Source: an uncultured virus (IMG/VR IMGVR_UViG_3300008113_000179) (lineage: Duplodnaviria; Heunggongvirae; Uroviricota; Caudoviricetes). From it: DNA of 64,000 nucleotides. The stretch is taken from the IMG/VR virus record IMGVR_UViG_3300008113_000179, one strand, 5' to 3'. The notes under the pieces are model-generated. The model had not been told where the DNA came from, searched no databases, and was given only the letters and a program-made list of their open reading frames with translations. Position 1 is the stretch's first letter; each line of letters starts with the position of its first letter. Shown here in pieces: positions 60,263-64,000 of the stretch. A program made the position numbers and the translations under genes.

Positions 60263-60910
60263 ATGCAGAATCACAAGCACAATAAAAAATATCAAGTAGG
60301 GGATCAGTGGTTAATTGACACGCAGTACACTAGATACAAAGAGTTTCTTCCATTCTTAGATCGTGATTCAAGTGAAGACTATGGTCGTGAAACTGTAGCC
60401 CAACATGCTAGTCAGTACCCGTTATGGCACGATCCGGATCAAAGTGTAATGTTGGCATACCCAAAGAAGTACGGTGGAGACTTTGAAGCACATCCGTTGT
60501 GGCATACAGTAGCAGATGGTGCTTATAAGTGGACTAACCGAAAATTAAAAGAGAATGGGATTGAATCTGAGATCCGACCAGTAATTAGTTGGTATATTGA
60601 TTACAAAGAAGGTGGTTGGCAACCAATGCACACTCATTCTAAGAACTGTGTAACACAGATTATCTACATGGATGCACAGACTCATAGTGTTAAAGTTAAC
60701 GAAGCCAATGTACCAGAATTTGATGGTAAGGAAGCACAATGGGGTTCAATGTTTGCATTAATGGCCAGTAAGGATGAAACAAAATACGTGTCTTTCATGA
60801 ATTGGCCTGGAAGATGTGTTTTAATGAGAGGCGATATATTCCACGGTGTGTATCCTGTTAAATCAGTACCACGTAGAAGTATTATTATTGATTATATAAT
60901 TTTAACATGA
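60263..60910 (+). CDS. 2OG-Fe(II) oxygenase-like protein; start reassigned to 60263
   Basis: SW...Y..GG.Q..HTH, ..IIY, PG..V....I.HGVYP, RRS. Confidence 0.65.
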   Translation: MQNHKHNKKYQVGDQWLIDTQYTRYKEFLPFLDRDSSEDYGRETVAQHASQYPLWHDPDQSVMLAYPKKYGGDFEAHPLWHTVADGAYKWTNRKLKENGIESEIRPVISWYIDYKEGGWQPMHTHSKNCVTQIIYMDAQTHSVKVNEANVPEFDGKEAQWGSMFALMASKDETKYVSFMNWPGRCVLMRGDIFHGVYPVKSVPRRSIIIDYIILT

Positions 60911-62388
60911 TAAAAAATTACGATTACGAAGTACAGAAATTATATCTTGAACTTATGCTGGCAGACGCAGAAGTATTTGTTCGCTGTCAAGGTATTTTTG
61001 ATCACACATTATTTGATCGCAAACTGCAAGATGCGGCAGAGTTTCTACATGAATATGCCAAAGGGTATAATGTATTGCCAGACTATGAAATGGTCAATGC
61101 CACCTGCAGAGTTGACCTCAAACGTCCAGAGGACCTCAAAGAAGGACATATGGATTGGTTTATGGATGAGTTTGAGAAGTTTACTCAACACAAGGCTCTT
61201 GAACGTGCAATTATACAATCAGCCGATCTATTAGAAAAACATGACTACGGTGCAGTAGAAGTATTGATCAAAGAAGCAGTACAGATTGGACTTGCTCGAG
61301 ACATGGGCACAGATTACTTTGCTGATCCTCGTGGCCGATTGATGGGCATCAAGGACAAGAACGGACAGGTAAGTACAGGTTGGCCGACAATGGATAAAAG
61401 ATTGTTCGGTGGATTCAATCGAGGAGAACTGAATATCTTTGCAGGTGGATCTGGTGCAGGTAAGAGTTTGTTCTTGGCTAACTTGGGTGTGAACTTTGCA
61501 CTTGCAGGATTGAACGTGGTTTATCTAACACTGGAACTTTCAGAAGCACTAGTTAGTATGCGTATTGATGCAATGCTAACAGGAATAGCAACCAAAGACA
61601 TCTTCAAGGACCTAGATGATGTTGAAATGAAAGTCAAAATCATTGGCAAGAAATCTGGACTGTTACAGGTCAAGTACATGCCAAGTGGCAAGACTGCCAA
61701 TGATATCCGTGCATATCTAAAAGAATATGAAATCAAAGTAGGTAAGAAAGTAGATGTACTTCTAGTAGACTACTTAGACTTGTTGATGCCACTCAGCAAG
61801 AAGATTAGCCCAGCAGACTTGTTTATCAAAGACAAATATGTATCGGAAGAATTGCGTAACCTAGCAGTGGAAAAGAACTGTGTGTTCGTTACTGCGGCAC
61901 AGTTAAATCGTGGTGCTGTGGAAGAAGTTGAGTTTGATCACAGTCATATCTCAGGTGGCTTGAGCAAGATTCAAACTGCAGATAATGTGTTTGGTATCTT
62001 TACCAGCAGGGCTATGCGTGAACGTGGACGCTATCAATTACAGTTGATGAAGACTCGTAGCTCAAGCGGAGTAGGCATGAAGATTGATCTTGAATTTAAT
62101 CTTGAAAGTCTTAAGATTTCAGACTTGCCAGAGGACGAACAAGAACACAGTGGAGCAACATCTAGGGGTAGTAGTTCGATCATCGAATCTATTAAAAATA
62201 GATCAACAGTTGTAAAATCCGACGACCGGGCACAACCCAAAGAAGGATTTGACCCATTTAATCCAACGCCTAATGCAGGTAGAGGATTAGACCCATCGCA
62301 AGGCACAGGCGTTGGAAAAGTTCGTGCTAACGTAGAATCCACAAAATTACGTGAAATTTTAAATTCTATGGGTAATGATGAAGAGTAA
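60907..62388 (+). CDS. gp41: Replicative DnaB-like helicase (T4 gp41-like)
   Basis: STGW..MD, GGSGAGKS, Y.TLELSE, VDYLDL, TAAQLNR, K.R. Confidence 0.93.
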   Translation: MIKNYDYEVQKLYLELMLADAEVFVRCQGIFDHTLFDRKLQDAAEFLHEYAKGYNVLPDYEMVNATCRVDLKRPEDLKEGHMDWFMDEFEKFTQHKALERAIIQSADLLEKHDYGAVEVLIKEAVQIGLARDMGTDYFADPRGRLMGIKDKNGQVSTGWPTMDKRLFGGFNRGELNIFAGGSGAGKSLFLANLGVNFALAGLNVVYLTLELSEALVSMRIDAMLTGIATKDIFKDLDDVEMKVKIIGKKSGLLQVKYMPSGKTANDIRAYLKEYEIKVGKKVDVLLVDYLDLLMPLSKKISPADLFIKDKYVSEELRNLAVEKNCVFVTAAQLNRGAVEEVEFDHSHISGGLSKIQTADNVFGIFTSRAMRERGRYQLQLMKTRSSSGVGMKIDLEFNLESLKISDLPEDEQEHSGATSRGSSSIIESIKNRSTVVKSDDRAQPKEGFDPFNPTPNAGRGLDPSQGTGVGKVRANVESTKLREILNSMGNDEE

Positions 62389-62620
62389 TAGACTTGAGCT
62401 GTATCATTGGCGCATTGCCGTTGGCATCGATGCACCGATCGAAGTCGATTGGCCCGACGTACACAAAACTGTAGGAGTTGATCTAATAAGTTGGATTAAC
62501 AAACAGCCCAAGGAAAAATGCCAGTTAGTTGTAGATAAACTCAACGACGATTTCAAACTCATAGCAGAATTTTACGATCAACAAACACTACTAGCTTATC
62601 ACTTAATGTGGGCTAAATAA
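62375..62620 (+). CDS. Hypothetical protein
   Basis: 81-aa ORF overlapping the helicase stop. Confidence 0.55.
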   Translation: MMKSNRLELYHWRIAVGIDAPIEVDWPDVHKTVGVDLISWINKQPKEKCQLVVDKLNDDFKLIAEFYDQQTLLAYHLMWAK

Positions 62621-62623
62621 TGA

Positions 62624-63334
62624 ATGCGCCTAAGAGAATTACAAGAACGATCAGATATAATTACAGTTAATCGCCGTCTTAATCCCAAGATATGGGACGG
62701 TGATTCGCTCGACCCAGCAGTTGCACAAAAGCTCAAAGAAATTGCTGACGCATTTCAAGAGTTTATAGGCATTGATCTAGATGTAGTAGATTACACAATT
62801 ACTGGATCAAACGCCAATTATACTTGGACTGATCACAGCGACCTAGATCTGCATCTTATTATTCAAGGAGAGGTAGGAGAAGCGGCTCGCGAACTGTTCA
62901 ATGCCAAAAAGGCACTCTGGGCAGAGCAACACAATATTACTATCAAGGGATTGCCTGTTGAATGTTATGTTCAGGGCAAAGAAGAAGAACACCACAGTAC
63001 CGGAGTGTATAGCATAGCTGACAATCGATGGCTGGTTGAACCTAAGAAAATAAAACCAGAAGTAGATGACAGTGCTGTGGAAGCTAAAAAAGATTCAGTC
63101 ATCCATGATATCGAAACTGCCCTGTTAAGCAAGGATCTTAACAAGTTAAGAGCTGTTAAAGAAAAAATTACCAAGATGCGCAAAGCAGGATTGGAACGTG
63201 CAGGTGAGTGGTCGGTGGAAAACCTAGTTTTCAAAATACTAAGAAATTTGGGTCTTATTGATGAAATTGCAGATAAGATTCGCGAACTAGAAGATCAAGA
63301 ACTGAGTCTAGAACAAACTCAAGTGTTAATTTAG
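62624..63334 (+). CDS. Pol-beta-superfamily nucleotidyltransferase
   Basis: TGSNANY.W...SDLDLH (GS..DxD), VECYVQ third acidic residue; TAAATA 4 nt upstream of ATG. Confidence 0.8.
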   Translation: MRLRELQERSDIITVNRRLNPKIWDGDSLDPAVAQKLKEIADAFQEFIGIDLDVVDYTITGSNANYTWTDHSDLDLHLIIQGEVGEAARELFNAKKALWAEQHNITIKGLPVECYVQGKEEEHHSTGVYSIADNRWLVEPKKIKPEVDDSAVEAKKDSVIHDIETALLSKDLNKLRAVKEKITKMRKAGLERAGEWSVENLVFKILRNLGLIDEIADKIRELEDQELSLEQTQVLI

Positions 63335-63900
63335 TCTTTGTAAACAGTATTAAAACTAATAGTAATTCTGTTATCAGTTGAATTAACATCAGTGCTATGT
63401 TCTAACCAACTGGGAAATATTATTAACTTTCCGGGAACACAATCAATATCAAAATGGTTGGTACTATTAAAGTTTGGTTCTTGAACAAAATCAAACATCT
63501 TAAATGCTGCTATTGGACTGTGTAGAGTCAGTGGCACACTGCCCGGATCTGCATCAACATAAAATGCTCCAGACACAATGCTCATTTCGTGCCGGTGATT
63601 GTCAACTCGTTGACCCTTGCCCATCTTGTTAAACCAATTGCTAGAAATTGTAACTGGTTTAATCCCCATGTTTGTAATATAACTATCAACACAGTCTTGT
63701 ATACGCTGTTTAAATCCAGCAAGTTCTGCAATGTCTAAAAATTGTCGTTCATACAGATTATAACTACTTTCTGCGCCGTGAAGCAGTCCGTGTGGTTTAG
63801 TTTTGTGAACTGCAATCAATTGTTTAATTAGGGGCAGGTCTGGATCTGTTGATAGATCGTATTCTTGTATCACAGTGGGAAATAAATTAGCTTGTCTCAT
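63331..63900 (-). CDS. 2OG-Fe(II) oxygenase-like protein (TIGR02466-type)
   Basis: LFPT, W.N....G..V..HRH..S.VSG.FY, G.LIIFPSWLEH, RI.ISFN. Confidence 0.85.
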   Translation of the reverse strand: MRQANLFPTVIQEYDLSTDPDLPLIKQLIAVHKTKPHGLLHGAESSYNLYERQFLDIAELAGFKQRIQDCVDSYITNMGIKPVTISSNWFNKMGKGQRVDNHRHEMSIVSGAFYVDADPGSVPLTLHSPIAAFKMFDFVQEPNFNSTNHFDIDCVPGKLIIFPSWLEHSTDVNSTDNRITISFNTVYKD

Positions 63901-64000
63901 TTAACGCCTTTAGTTATAGTTTTCGGCTTAATGCTGAAATCTTTGCTAATACCCATGCGCACAGCCCAACTGGTCATGCCTTTTTCGAATCGTTTCTGTT
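63897..64000 (-). CDS. 3' end of an upstream minus-strand gene (truncated by window)
   Basis: Open frame ...QKRFEKGMTSWAVRMGISKDFSIKPKTITKGVK-TGA with ATGA overlap. Confidence 0.5.
   Translation of the reverse strand, partial: QKRFEKGMTSWAVRMGISKDFSIKPKTITKGVK

Overview
64 kb of a large T4-like (contractile-tail) bacteriophage genome, densely coding in the standard genetic code; no host genes, tRNAs, rRNAs, CRISPR arrays or IS elements were recognised. Left to right: (1-19 kb) tail-fibre/virion appendage genes, including three tandem paralogous very Cys-rich Gly-rich proteins followed by a chaperone-like gene, a GT9-like glycosyltransferase, a full-length carbamoyltransferase, a Pro/Thr-linker protein with Ig-like repeats and two blue-copper-type motifs, and a 1981-aa structural protein; (19-36 kb) neck/tail/packaging core (gp15, gp14, gp13, dNMP kinase, HNH, sheath, tube, gp4, TerS-like, TerL, putative internal head proteins), with TerL broken by an apparent deletion of its Walker B segment; (37-40 kb) gp32 SSB, UvsX, UvsY; (40-51 kb) a roughly 14-gene glycan synthesis/modification island; (51-64 kb) replication genes (UvsW, clamp-loader-like, a 191-aa mini DnaE-like polymerase, primase, helicase) interleaved with a half carbamoyltransferase, 2OG-Fe(II) oxygenases and a nucleotidyltransferase. 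A recurring regulatory pattern is TAAATA/TAAGTA late-promoter boxes and sigma70 -10 boxes placed 4-7 nt upstream of ATG with no Shine-Dalgarno, implying widespread leaderless mRNAs. All product calls come from motif recognition by eye, not from database searches.
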